A stretch of 55,732 nucleotides of DNA from a virus (taxonomy: Duplodnaviria; Caudoviricetes), in the IMG/VR virus record IMGVR_UViG_3300020450_000030, positions 1 through 55,732 of that record, one strand, 5' to 3'. A model generated the notes under the pieces. It was not told the DNA's origin. It ran no database searches and worked only from the letters and a program-made list of their open reading frames with translations. Below, one piece after another: positions 1 through 9,868 of this stretch; positions within the stretch are counted from its first letter, which is position 1; every line of letters begins with the position of its first letter. The translations under genes were made by a program, and so were the position numbers.

Positions 1-489
1 GTAATCTATATTTTGTAGAACTATTGGTACATCTTTTGTCTCTCCAACAGTAGTCAATAATTTTACAGATAGATTATAATGTGGTTGAAATATAGGTAGT
101 ATCTGTTCTAATATTTGTAAACCATCATCCTGATTTTTTGATATAATTCCTAACTCAAAACCAATATTATATGGTACAGGCATAAAAACATTTTTGTTTT
201 CATCTGTATCTTTTTTAAATTTAATTTTTTGTGTAGGTGAAACCTTTCTTGAAGGATCATATTCTACACCAGTGATCTCAAATGAAAGTCTTGGAAGAGT
301 TATTTGTATTCTTTTGTTTGTAGGATCTGGGTTTTGATCTAAACGTGCTAAAAATTTTTGTTTAGGACCATAAGCAAGAGGTACTTTCATAACCTCATCT
401 GACCTACGAATCTCTATATTATTGAATAGAGTACCGAAAGCGACAATTGTTTTACGAAAAATTTCGTTGTATGTGTAAGTTCCAAGCAT
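1..489 (-). CDS. gp15: Tail sheath stabilizer/terminator gp15 (3' end runs off the window)
   Basis: Not in the ORF track. Hand translation from ATG at 489: MLGTYTYNEIFRKTIVAFGTLFNNIEIRR...KVPLAYGPKQKFLARL...TLPRLSFE, typical gp15 motifs. TAATG overlap with the gp14 stop; follows gp13-gp14. Confidence 0.93.
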   Translation of the reverse strand, partial: MLGTYTYNEIFRKTIVAFGTLFNNIEIRRSDEVMKVPLAYGPKQKFLARLDQNPDPTNKRIQITLPRLSFEITGVEYDPSRKVSPTQKIKFKKDTDENKNVFMPVPYNIGFELGIISKNQDDGLQILEQILPIFQPHYNLSVKLLTTVGETKDVPIVLQNIDY

Positions 490-1415
490 TAGATTGTGTT
501 GTCAGTAATAGATCCAACTGAACCGAATGGATTTGCTTCAGTAAAGTCAATGATCTGATTGTCAAGAGTTTCAAAGTCGTTGTTTTGATCCATCTCAATA
601 TTTTTATTGTCGATGGTATTATATGTAGCAGTTGTCCAAGAGGCACTTGAACTACCACCTGTCAATGTTTCTGGTACAGTGAATGTTCCAGAACGATTAA
701 TAACAATGAGAGTTCTCGTAGAACTATCCCATGATTTAACTTCGGCAGTCACGTTAGATGTACCACCTGTTACAATTTCTCCTACTGTAAAGTCTCCACT
801 ACCACCAGTTGCAAGACCAACTGTAATAGCATTTGCAAACGCATTTTCTATAGCATCGAGATCTGTAATGCCTGTATTGATTTCTTCGTCGCTGTACTCG
901 AATAGTTCACATTGACATTCCCAAACGTAGTTCCTACCTAACTGATAAAAAGGTCTTTCTACTTCTACAAATTTTATTTCAAACAAATGTCTGGTAATAG
1001 GAAACCATATTAAGTCCCCTTCGTTTGGTCGTCCTTCGACGTTAAGCGTTGTAGAGTCGTCAACATGCTCTTTAAATTTTTCACGGGAGAATATAAAAGT
1101 TGTCTTGTCTTCAATACGGATTCCAAATTTTGTAAGTAACTCACCTTGTCCTTCCCATCCTTCAACATTATTGACGTAAGCTCTGATAGCTTTCGCTGAC
1201 TCAAATTTTCCATCCGAATCTTCTTCAAAGATTGAATCTTTGTTGACAATCGTTCTCGGAACATAGTAAATGTCTTGCCCATAGATCTCGATACTTTCTA
1301 CGATTAAGTTTTCAATGAATTTCTGCTCTTGAGCAGATCCATTTATATTTAGTCTTGCACTATTACTATAGTCTGACTGAACATAATCCTGAGCTGGTGT
1401 GTTTGAAATTGCCAT
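489..1415 (-). CDS. gp14: Neck protein gp14
   Basis: ESIEIYGQDIYYVPR, RPNEGDLIWFP, FEIKFVE..PFYQLG, CELFEYS, DFTEANPFG motifs; synteny. Confidence 0.93.
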   Translation of the reverse strand: MAISNTPAQDYVQSDYSNSARLNINGSAQEQKFIENLIVESIEIYGQDIYYVPRTIVNKDSIFEEDSDGKFESAKAIRAYVNNVEGWEGQGELLTKFGIRIEDKTTFIFSREKFKEHVDDSTTLNVEGRPNEGDLIWFPITRHLFEIKFVEVERPFYQLGRNYVWECQCELFEYSDEEINTGITDLDAIENAFANAITVGLATGGSGDFTVGEIVTGGTSNVTAEVKSWDSSTRTLIVINRSGTFTVPETLTGGSSSASWTTATYNTIDNKNIEMDQNNDFETLDNQIIDFTEANPFGSVGSITDNTI

Positions 1416-1416
1416 G

Positions 1417-2223
1417 TTATCCTACAATATCTAACGGTGGTATTTCATAACGATCACGGAGTTCTTTTTCAAGATCTAACTTATACTGACTAGCATCTTC
1501 TAAGATTTGTCTACCGTTCAAAGTGACTCCTCCTAACATTTGAATACCATCATACTTACTAAGGTTTCTACCCCACTGTTGTTGGAATAGTGCCTCAACA
1601 TAATCCTTTAACCAGTTGTCATTAAACATATCAGTGAAGGTTGTAGGATCTTGACGCATTGTCATATCAACCATTATAAAATCACCTGTGGTAAGATCAT
1701 TCCAGTCAAAGTCTAAGTAAAGTCTATTAGAATGTTCATTCCATTTGACTCTTCTATTTGCTTGAGAGTTGGTGACAAAATCAAGAGTTTCTAAGTATTG
1801 AGATGTTAGGAAATAATGTAGTATCTGTCCATGAGTCATGGAGTAGATATCATTCAAAAATATTTGATATTTGATATTGAAAATATTACCAGGTACAATA
1901 CTTGATGCACCTATATTTGTGTACACATGATTGATACCTAAAGTACCAGGTGGTGTAGATACATAGTTATCTTGTCCAAACCAAGGAGTTGATCCTTCTT
2001 GAGTAAATCCTTTTGCCTGTGTTTTAATGGCATCAGTGACTTCTATTCTCATGAAGGTTTTAAAACTACCATTGTAATGGTACTCTTGATAGTAATCTAT
2101 TGCCTCTTCTATTAAATCATCCAGCTGCTCAGTGGCAACATTAATGTCTATCGTAGGAAAACCTAATCTACGAAGAGCATAATCTTTTAATTCTGTTTTA
2201 GTTGCAGGTCTTGTAGCAGACAT
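1417..2223 (-). CDS. gp13: Neck protein gp13
   Basis: LKDYALRRLGFPTIDINV, WLKDY...QWGRNLSKYDGIQMLGGVTLNG motifs; synteny. Confidence 0.95.
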   Translation of the reverse strand: MSATRPATKTELKDYALRRLGFPTIDINVATEQLDDLIEEAIDYYQEYHYNGSFKTFMRIEVTDAIKTQAKGFTQEGSTPWFGQDNYVSTPPGTLGINHVYTNIGASSIVPGNIFNIKYQIFLNDIYSMTHGQILHYFLTSQYLETLDFVTNSQANRRVKWNEHSNRLYLDFDWNDLTTGDFIMVDMTMRQDPTTFTDMFNDNWLKDYVEALFQQQWGRNLSKYDGIQMLGGVTLNGRQILEDASQYKLDLEKELRDRYEIPPLDIVG

Positions 2224-2229
2224 AGTTTA

Positions 2230-5200
2230 TTAACCGAATGAACTGATAGTTAAGTTAGTTACATCATTAGCACCAACTGTCTCTCCTTTTTTGAAGAATC
2301 CAGATACATTATCTACAGTCACAGAAGATGAGTCCATCGCTGTTATAACTCCTGTGCTATTTGAAGTTGCTCCTGTTAGAGTTGATCCAACCTCCATAGT
2401 TGTGATGTCGGATAAACTGAAGGTAGCATTAGTGAATACTGTTGCAACATCAAGTGTTGCATTAGTAAAGATTGTAGCAATGTCAATCGACGCTCCATTT
2501 CCATGTATTGCAGATACTGGAATCGTTGCACCATTACCATGTAAATCAGATACAGGTATGGTAGCATCTGCATTTCCTCCTGTAATAGTTATAACTTCTG
2601 ATGATGCATAACCAGATCCATCATTGTTAATTGTTGCAGAAGTGACATTTCCACTCACATCAACAACGATATCAAGAGTCAATCCTGTACCAGATCCAGA
2701 GGATGTTGTTGCAACACCTGTTTGTGATCCTGGAGTGTATCCTGTGCCTGCTGCACTTATAGGACCAAGAGTTTTAACACCAGTTGCGTTAGCATTTACG
2801 ATTGTAATCGTATCGGAAGTTGTAAATCCAGTACCATCATTATTGATTGCTACTGCTGTGATTGCACCAGAACCATCTACAGATGTTATGTCTATTGTAA
2901 AGTCTGATCCAGATCCGTCATTGGTTGTTGCGATTGCAGTTCCAGTTGAGTATCCTGTTCCTGCTGTAGCAATAGATCCAAGAGTCTTAACACCAGATGC
3001 GTTAGCATTGACGATTGTTATTGTATCATCAACTGCGTATCCAGATCCTGCAGCGTTTATCACCGCACCAGTGACAACACCATTTGAAGTTGTCAAGTCA
3101 ACTGTCAATCCTGATCCAGATCCAGTGGTTGTTGTAGCGATAGCAGTTCCGTTTGCATATCCTGTACCACCTACGAGTGTATCGACTGTCGCTGCTCCAC
3201 CCGCATTAGGGTTTGTAATTGTAATTGTATCACCTGCAGCATACCCTGTTCCTGCAGCGTTAATAACAACGTTTGTTATTGCTCCGTTTCCATCAACCGT
3301 AGTATTAACTGTTAAAGCATCATCACCAGATCCAGAGTTTGTAGTAGCAACACCAGTTCCTGCTGTAAATCCACCGACACCTCCAGATAATGTACCTAAG
3401 TTAAGAGTAGCAGCACCACCAAGATTAGAGTTGACAATTGTTAGTGTGTCTCCTATTAAGTAATCAGTTCCTGCAGTGTTTAGTGCGATCGCTGTGATAG
3501 CACCATCACCATCTACTGTAGTATCAACTGTCAATCCTGATCCTGTGCCACCTGTTGTAGCAACGTTTGTGCCTGCTGTAAATCCACCAACACCACTAGA
3601 GGTTATTGATCCAAGAGTGACAACTGCACCAGGTGTAGGATCGCCAGATAGATTTAGTTTTAATGTAGTAGAAGTTGCAAGATTGTTCAACATCGCTTGA
3701 AGTTGCTCAAACGCATGATCAAGTTTTGCTTGTACTCTTGCTTCTGTATGATATAGATTAGTTCCTTCTGGAAGATTTGTAGTAGATTTCTGACTTAGAT
3801 CTAAGTTTGCACCAGTTGCAGCAGCAACTCTTGCATCTGCTCTTGTGTTTGTAAAGAATACATTTGAAGATCCTTCTGTTATATTATCAGTATTGATATC
3901 TGACTGAGTTACAGCAAGTCCACCTGCACCATCATGTTCAATACCTGTGCCATATGTAAAGTGTCCTCTAGTTCTAGCAGCAGTTGTGAATAGGTTTGTT
4001 GAACCCTCGGTAACATTATCTGTATTAATCTCAGATTGAGTTACAGATAAAGTTCCTGATCCATCATGTTCAATACCTGTGCCATAAGAGAAGTGTCCTC
4101 TAGTTCTAGAAGCAGTAGTAAAGAGATTTGTAGATCCTTCAGTGACATTATCAGTATTAATATCTGATTGAGTGACAGATAGACTTCCTGATCCATCATG
4201 CTGAATACCTGTACCATAAGAGAAGTGTGATCTTGTTCTAGCAGCAGTTGTGAATAGATTAGTTGTTCCTTCTACAACGTTGTCAGAGTCAAACTCAGTA
4301 AAGTCAATCGCCAAATCAGCAGAGGTTAATTTAATACCTGTGCCATATGTAAAGTGTCCTCTAGTTCTAGCAGCAGTTGTAAAGAGATTGGATGATCCTT
4401 CTACAATACTATCACTATCAAACTCAGAGAATGCAAATGCTAATGTATAAGTTCCTGCAGCATCATCATAAGTCTTAGTTAAACCTGTACCTGCAGTTAT
4501 AAGAGCATCAACTCTATCATCAACTCTCTCATTTGTGAAGTATAGATTGTTAGATCCTTCAGCAAGAGAATCTGTATCATGGTTAGTAATACTGGATACT
4601 GTACCAGTGACATTACCTGTTAGATTACCTGTAAAGGTTGTTGAGTGTACGTTAGCATATTTGTTGGAGGTTGAACCAATGCTTCTTGTATTATTAGAAT
4701 CTGATAATAGATCACCTGTTAGAGTTGCACCTGTTGCTGAAGTGACAAATGTAGCAGTTCCATTATATCCTAAAGTGACTGCCCCATCAGCATCAACAAT
4801 TAGTCCAAATGAAGTGCCATTTTGACTCTTGACCTCAAGTTGTGCTGTTTGAATTATTTGTTTAGATGTTCCTGTTGACTTATAAAGAGTATTAGTGCCA
4901 TCAGATTCAATAACTGCGTCAGTTCCTGCACCAAGTTTAACAGCAACGTTATCACCAAACAGTAATGCGTTATCTGATTTATCAAATACTATATTACCAC
5001 CACTTGCTGATACAAGAGTTAAGTCATCATTAAGTGTTGTAGTTCCTTGAACAGTTAATATATCATCTACATTTACAGTTCCACCTGCAGAATCAAGTGT
5101 TAAATTACCAGATGATGTATCAATCTCATTTGCTCCTGCGACACCAACTTGAATATTCTGTGCGACTAACTTAGAAGTAATTTGATTAGATGCAAAATTA

Positions 5201-8200
5201 CCAGATCCATCACGTATTACTAAGTTATTTGCAGCGTTTGTACTTGCAGATGCTACGTTGATTGTAGTATTACCAGATATACCATCAGCATTTGTTAGTG
5301 TAATACCAGAGGATGCTGTGACTTGGAACGTACGATGAGCATATGTGTTCGTAGCAGTTCTGACCATGTATCCTGTGCCAGATTGTGCAGCAAGTGCAGT
5401 AATATCTCCATCATTAAATGTGACTGAGAGTGTTGGATCAGAAGCACCGTTAATTGATACTGAACCATCTACAACACCATCAATGGTCAATGTTCTAGCA
5501 GTCTTCCATGCATCAGCAGTTGATGCGTTTCCTAAGATACCTGCTGAAGCACCTGCAGAACTTGATACTGTAATTTGATCAGCAGAGAAACTACCAGATG
5601 ATCTAACTACAACACTATTACCAGTTGTATCTGTAGAACTTGTGGTCAATCCATCAAGTAGATCTGCGTTAAGATTATTAACTTTGGTTGAAGATGCTAC
5701 TACAAATGGTGCTACACCTTGAGGAAGTTGAGAAATTATTTGACCATCAACTGTTGCTGTACCATCAACATTTAAGTTATTATCAATATCAACAGATGTA
5801 CCTGCACCAGTGACATTTAAAGAACCAATTCTCAAAGCACCATCAGTTCCAGAAAATACTTCACTATTATTAGTAGCAGCAGTTAAGAAAGCAAATTCGT
5901 TAGTTGATCTATCAAATCCAAAGAATCCTAATCTTGCTTGGGAATCAAAATATCTAAACTCGATACCTCTGTCTTTACCATCGTTTGATGCAGGAGCAGT
6001 ATCACCACCAAGAGTAAATACTGGATCATCAATTGTGACGGTTGTTGAGTTAACAGTAGAAGTTGTACCATTAACCGTAAGATTACCTGTGATAACTAGA
6101 TCAGAACTACCGATTATATCTCCTTGAACCGTTAATGTTCCTTGTGTCTCAGTATTACCATTATCTGTATCTACTACAAACTTATCTGCAGCACTTGCAT
6201 TCTGTATTTTAAATACTTTATTATCTGCCTTAACAATTAATTGGTTTTCAATAACTGTTGAACCTGATATATTTGCACTACTATTGAGATCGAGAGCACC
6301 TGTTAATTCAGTGCCACCATACACCCTAAGCCCGCCACCAACTGCTAAGTTTTTACCGATACCTGCACCACCAGTCAATCTTATAGCACCATCAGCAGCA
6401 TATGATCCTGTAAGAGTTTGTTCTGTATTATTGGTGAATGTGTTGACACCAGATGTCTGGAAAGTATCATTGATCTGAGTTGCATCACCAACTGTCAATG
6501 TACCGATAATATTAGTATTACCATTATCAGTATCAATACTAAACTTAGTGACACCAGATCCATTGTTTACATTAACTACCTCACTATTGCTTTGAATAAT
6601 TAGAGAGTCATTGATAGTTGTTTGACCTGCAACAACTAGAGTACCATCAGTTGCAATATTACCTGTAGAAGATGCAACAGTCATCTTATCAGTTGTACCT
6701 GATCTAACTGCAAAGTTTGCATCGACATCTAAAGTGCCATTGATTTCTGTGTTGTTAGCAACAGTCAGTGTACCACCAAGAGTTGTATTGTTATCTACGT
6801 TAAGTGTAGAGTTTAACTCAGTGTGTCCATCAGCAGTCAGCGTACCTTCAATATTAGTATTACCAGTCACATTATCAACAAAGAACTTATCAGTCGTTCC
6901 GTTTCTAACTGCGAAATCAGCATCAATATCAACAACACCATTAATATTAACTGTACCTTCAATTATAGTATTACCATTATCTGTATCAACTGTAAATTTA
7001 TTGACTCCTGATCCATTTTGAATATGGAATGATTCGTTAGAAGCATTAACTATAAGACTATCATTTATATTTGTCTCACCTGCAACTGTTAGTGTACCTT
7101 GAATATCTGTATTACCAGTTGCACCGATAACACTAAACTTCTCTGTATCACCACTGTTCAACTTACCAACTGAGAATCTCTCTCCTGACCCTGTAGCACC
7201 AACGTACAAGGATTTCATAATACCTGCACCACCATGTGCCTTTATCGTGGAGAAGTTGTGAGATGCATAGGAAGGAGATGCCTGATATGTATCACCAAAA
7301 CGACCTCTGTATCTTACTCTCAACCAGTTCAATCTAGATTCAGTCTCTGTCGCACTATCCTTAACTTCGATAGGACCATTAACATGCAATGTACCATCAA
7401 TCAGACCAGATCCTGCTACATAGAAACCACCATCAAGTCTAAGTGCACCATAATCATTTGATTGAATTTCCCAAGCACCAGATGTTCCGTTCTTGGCAGT
7501 AGTAATATCATTTGTGCTTTCTAGATGTACATCTCCTGCTACAGCAACATCACTATTAGAATCTATATTACCAGTGACTGTAAGTATTCCACCAATTTCA
7601 GCATTACCTGTTGTGGTATGGAATGTAGTCTTAGTTGTGCCAGAACCATTCTTAAGTTCTAAAGTTTTAGATGCACCTTGGAATACAATATTATCATCAA
7701 ATCTACTTGTAGAATTAGCACGGAATGTACCATCTACATCTAATAATCCACCAACATTAACATCTTGTGTAATTCCAACACCACCTGCAACTACCAAATC
7801 TCCTGTAGTATTAGATGTTGAGTTAGTATTACTTGTAAGTTTTAAGTTACCCGCACGGATTCCTGAGTCAGTTCCTGTAAAAATCTCTGCGGAACTTTGT
7901 GAGGCATTGTGTAAGAACGCAAACCCTCCTGTGTGTCCTGCGAGATCTGCATACGAATCGTCGTAACCGAAGAATCCAAGTCTTGCTTGAGAGTCAAAAT
8001 ATCTGAACTCAATTCCCCTATCTTTATTATCGTCAGTAGTAGGAGCAGTGTCGCCACCCAAGGTAAATACTGGGTCATCCACTGTCGTAGTTGTACTATT
8101 AACTGTTGTAGTTGTTCCATCTACTTGTAAGTTTCCTAAAATTTGTACAAGACCTGTGATTGCTCTATCATCACCAGGATCAAGTTTAAGTGTACCAGTT

Positions 8201-9795
8201 GATGCAAGGTGATCTCCTTGTATCCTCATGTTTTCTACATGAACCTTACCAGTTGATGCGTCAGATGCTTGGATGTCTACAACATCTTCAGCAGTAATAC
8301 TAACTGTACTGGTTCCAGAACCTGAGTTAGTTGCTGATATGCTCAAGGATCTAGCAGAACTAGAACTTTGAGTTGTTTGAATTATTAGATTACCATCACC
8401 AGTTTTGTCTATTGTTTGTGCAGTAGCACCATCAAACACAACATCGGGATCACTTATTAAAGTTTTTACATTAATATCAACTTCACCGTTGCCACTATCA
8501 CCTGTATTATTTGCAGCAAATAATAAACCACCTGACGTATTTTTTACATTTAGATAATTTACTCCAGTAAGTCCTCTATATCCAGTTGTTGCGGTTAACT
8601 CTTGATCTAATTCAAAATGTTCAACAGAATTACCATCAGCAAAAGATATACGATTGTTTTGTAATTGTGTATTGTCTACACCTGCAGATGCAATAGTTAC
8701 ATGTCCTGATGATACATCAAAATCTTCTTGTGCAAAAGATGCAAGACCTTTTTGTTCTGTAGTTTCAGCACCAAGGAATCTCCATCCACCTGCATCTCCA
8801 GAACCATGAGTAGGAGCACCTTGACCTGCACTTATATCTTGGAATGCCTGATATACTTTACTTGCATTTTTGATGATTGCGTATCTAGTATATGCTGTTG
8901 CATTATTATAATCTGCAGCAGTTGTACCCTCTTGTGCTGTGGCAATAGGTACATTTGTGGCAGAGGTTAATCTACCATGTGCATCGACTGTAAATTTTGT
9001 AGCGTTTACAGTTTCTGTACCAAATGGTTCTGAGTTAGAACCTGTAGAACTGACAGATGTTAATGACTCTGTATTGTAATCACCTGCTACTACAGCAGTT
9101 GTGATAAGATCTAACGTTGGGTTTCCAGAAACACCATTACCATTAGATACTGAAATTCTTGCAGGAGTACCAGTGATTGTTCTGGTCGCCATGTTTCCAC
9201 CACTGGTTCTTGATATGATACCAGTAGTAGTAAGTCCTGCTATAGCAACCAAGTCAAGATCATATGGTTGAGCAGATGAACCCTCTACAGTTCCGTTTAA
9301 GTTATAATCAGCAAGAGTTGAAGGGAATGAAGCGTTTGTTATTCTACCTTTAGAATCTACTACAACTTTTGTGTATGTACCAGTAGCACTTCCAGTACCA
9401 TCATAATGTGGTAATGTAGATATAAGTTCTAAGGAAGAAGCAAGGTTTAGGTTTTGAGAACCATCAAAGTTTCCTGTTGCAGTTAAGTCGCCAGATATTT
9501 GTATTTGACGAGTTGAAGCAAGTCTTGCAGCAGTTGATGAATTACCAATTATAGTTGCAGTTATAGTACCTGCAGAAAAATTACCATCAGCATCTCTCTG
9601 CACGAGAGTGTTGGCAGTATTTGAGGTTGATTCAACTGGACGTTCATATCGTAAGGTATTCCATGCAGAAACACCATCACCGATTTTAAATCGACCTGTA
9701 TCTAACTCAATCCCAAGTTCACCTTGAGCAAGTGTTGGGTTTGCGTTTGCCCATTCCTGAGCACCCCCTCTTCTTAATTGTAATCTATTTGCCAT
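2230..9795 (-). CDS. Long tail fibre / fibre-like virion protein (2521 aa) with Mtd-N-like N-terminus
   Basis: N-terminal RLQLRRG..EW..ANPTLAQGELGIELDTGRFKIGDG..W (Mtd N-terminal-like); G/T/S/N-rich shaft repeats; own late promoter. Confidence 0.85.
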   Translation of the reverse strand: MANRLQLRRGGAQEWANANPTLAQGELGIELDTGRFKIGDGVSAWNTLRYERPVESTSNTANTLVQRDADGNFSAGTITATIIGNSSTAARLASTRQIQISGDLTATGNFDGSQNLNLASSLELISTLPHYDGTGSATGTYTKVVVDSKGRITNASFPSTLADYNLNGTVEGSSAQPYDLDLVAIAGLTTTGIISRTSGGNMATRTITGTPARISVSNGNGVSGNPTLDLITTAVVAGDYNTESLTSVSSTGSNSEPFGTETVNATKFTVDAHGRLTSATNVPIATAQEGTTAADYNNATAYTRYAIIKNASKVYQAFQDISAGQGAPTHGSGDAGGWRFLGAETTEQKGLASFAQEDFDVSSGHVTIASAGVDNTQLQNNRISFADGNSVEHFELDQELTATTGYRGLTGVNYLNVKNTSGGLLFAANNTGDSGNGEVDINVKTLISDPDVVFDGATAQTIDKTGDGNLIIQTTQSSSSARSLSISATNSGSGTSTVSITAEDVVDIQASDASTGKVHVENMRIQGDHLASTGTLKLDPGDDRAITGLVQILGNLQVDGTTTTVNSTTTTVDDPVFTLGGDTAPTTDDNKDRGIEFRYFDSQARLGFFGYDDSYADLAGHTGGFAFLHNASQSSAEIFTGTDSGIRAGNLKLTSNTNSTSNTTGDLVVAGGVGITQDVNVGGLLDVDGTFRANSTSRFDDNIVFQGASKTLELKNGSGTTKTTFHTTTGNAEIGGILTVTGNIDSNSDVAVAGDVHLESTNDITTAKNGTSGAWEIQSNDYGALRLDGGFYVAGSGLIDGTLHVNGPIEVKDSATETESRLNWLRVRYRGRFGDTYQASPSYASHNFSTIKAHGGAGIMKSLYVGATGSGERFSVGKLNSGDTEKFSVIGATGNTDIQGTLTVAGETNINDSLIVNASNESFHIQNGSGVNKFTVDTDNGNTIIEGTVNINGVVDIDADFAVRNGTTDKFFVDNVTGNTNIEGTLTADGHTELNSTLNVDNNTTLGGTLTVANNTEINGTLDVDANFAVRSGTTDKMTVASSTGNIATDGTLVVAGQTTINDSLIIQSNSEVVNVNNGSGVTKFSIDTDNGNTNIIGTLTVGDATQINDTFQTSGVNTFTNNTEQTLTGSYAADGAIRLTGGAGIGKNLAVGGGLRVYGGTELTGALDLNSSANISGSTVIENQLIVKADNKVFKIQNASAADKFVVDTDNGNTETQGTLTVQGDIIGSSDLVITGNLTVNGTTSTVNSTTVTIDDPVFTLGGDTAPASNDGKDRGIEFRYFDSQARLGFFGFDRSTNEFAFLTAATNNSEVFSGTDGALRIGSLNVTGAGTSVDIDNNLNVDGTATVDGQIISQLPQGVAPFVVASSTKVNNLNADLLDGLTTSSTDTTGNSVVVRSSGSFSADQITVSSSAGASAGILGNASTADAWKTARTLTIDGVVDGSVSINGASDPTLSVTFNDGDITALAAQSGTGYMVRTATNTYAHRTFQVTASSGITLTNADGISGNTTINVASASTNAANNLVIRDGSGNFASNQITSKLVAQNIQVGVAGANEIDTSSGNLTLDSAGGTVNVDDILTVQGTTTLNDDLTLVSASGGNIVFDKSDNALLFGDNVAVKLGAGTDAVIESDGTNTLYKSTGTSKQIIQTAQLEVKSQNGTSFGLIVDADGAVTLGYNGTATFVTSATGATLTGDLLSDSNNTRSIGSTSNKYANVHSTTFTGNLTGNVTGTVSSITNHDTDSLAEGSNNLYFTNERVDDRVDALITAGTGLTKTYDDAAGTYTLAFAFSEFDSDSIVEGSSNLFTTAARTRGHFTYGTGIKLTSADLAIDFTEFDSDNVVEGTTNLFTTAARTRSHFSYGTGIQHDGSGSLSVTQSDINTDNVTEGSTNLFTTASRTRGHFSYGTGIEHDGSGTLSVTQSEINTDNVTEGSTNLFTTAARTRGHFTYGTGIEHDGAGGLAVTQSDINTDNITEGSSNVFFTNTRADARVAAATGANLDLSQKSTTNLPEGTNLYHTEARVQAKLDHAFEQLQAMLNNLATSTTLKLNLSGDPTPGAVVTLGSITSSGVGGFTAGTNVATTGGTGSGLTVDTTVDGDGAITAIALNTAGTDYLIGDTLTIVNSNLGGAATLNLGTLSGGVGGFTAGTGVATTNSGSGDDALTVNTTVDGNGAITNVVINAAGTGYAAGDTITITNPNAGGAATVDTLVGGTGYANGTAIATTTTGSGSGLTVDLTTSNGVVTGAVINAAGSGYAVDDTITIVNANASGVKTLGSIATAGTGYSTGTAIATTNDGSGSDFTIDITSVDGSGAITAVAINNDGTGFTTSDTITIVNANATGVKTLGPISAAGTGYTPGSQTGVATTSSGSGTGLTLDIVVDVSGNVTSATINNDGSGYASSEVITITGGNADATIPVSDLHGNGATIPVSAIHGNGASIDIATIFTNATLDVATVFTNATFSLSDITTMEVGSTLTGATSNSTGVITAMDSSSVTVDNVSGFFKKGETVGANDVTNLTISSFG
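2401..3630 (-). repeat. Five nested ~80-aa beta-rich domains in the fibre C-terminus
   Basis: Five bodies (..VATT..GSG.GLTVD..V...GAIT...IN.AG.GY...DTITI) followed by five stacked terminal strands. Confidence 0.8.
3725..4585 (-). repeat. Tandem ~120-bp / 40-aa fibre repeats (xTDNVTEGSTNLFTTAARTRGHFxYGTG)
   Basis: Seven EG(S/T)xN(L/V)(F/Y)-type units; the central ones are near-identical in DNA with a 120-nt period. Confidence 0.9.
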
Positions 9796-9830
9796 TTTAA
9801 ATAGGACTTAACTATAACATGCTTCCAAGT

Positions 9831-9838
9831 TATTTATG
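9831..9838 (-). promoter_or_regulatory. T4-type late promoter (cATAAATA) for the fibre gene
   Basis: ATAAATA about 35 nt upstream of the ATG at 9795. Confidence 0.8.
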
Positions 9839-9841
9839 CTC

Positions 9842-9868
9842 AAAAAAGAAGGGAACTTACGTTCCCTC
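9842..9868 (-). terminator. Rho-independent terminator
   Basis: AGGGAAC-GTAA-GTTCCCT hairpin (GNRA loop containing the upstream stop codon) followed by TCTTTTTT. Confidence 0.8.

Noticed and set aside
3725-4585. T4 gp37-style HxH iron-binding fibre tip
   Set aside because: The His residues are nine apart, not HxH; kept only as a weaker metal-site hypothesis.
9640-9795. Mtd-N-like domain suggesting a diversity-generating retroelement
   Set aside because: No reverse transcriptase in the window and no template/variable repeat pair differing only at adenines was seen; this N-terminal domain is common in ordinary fibres.
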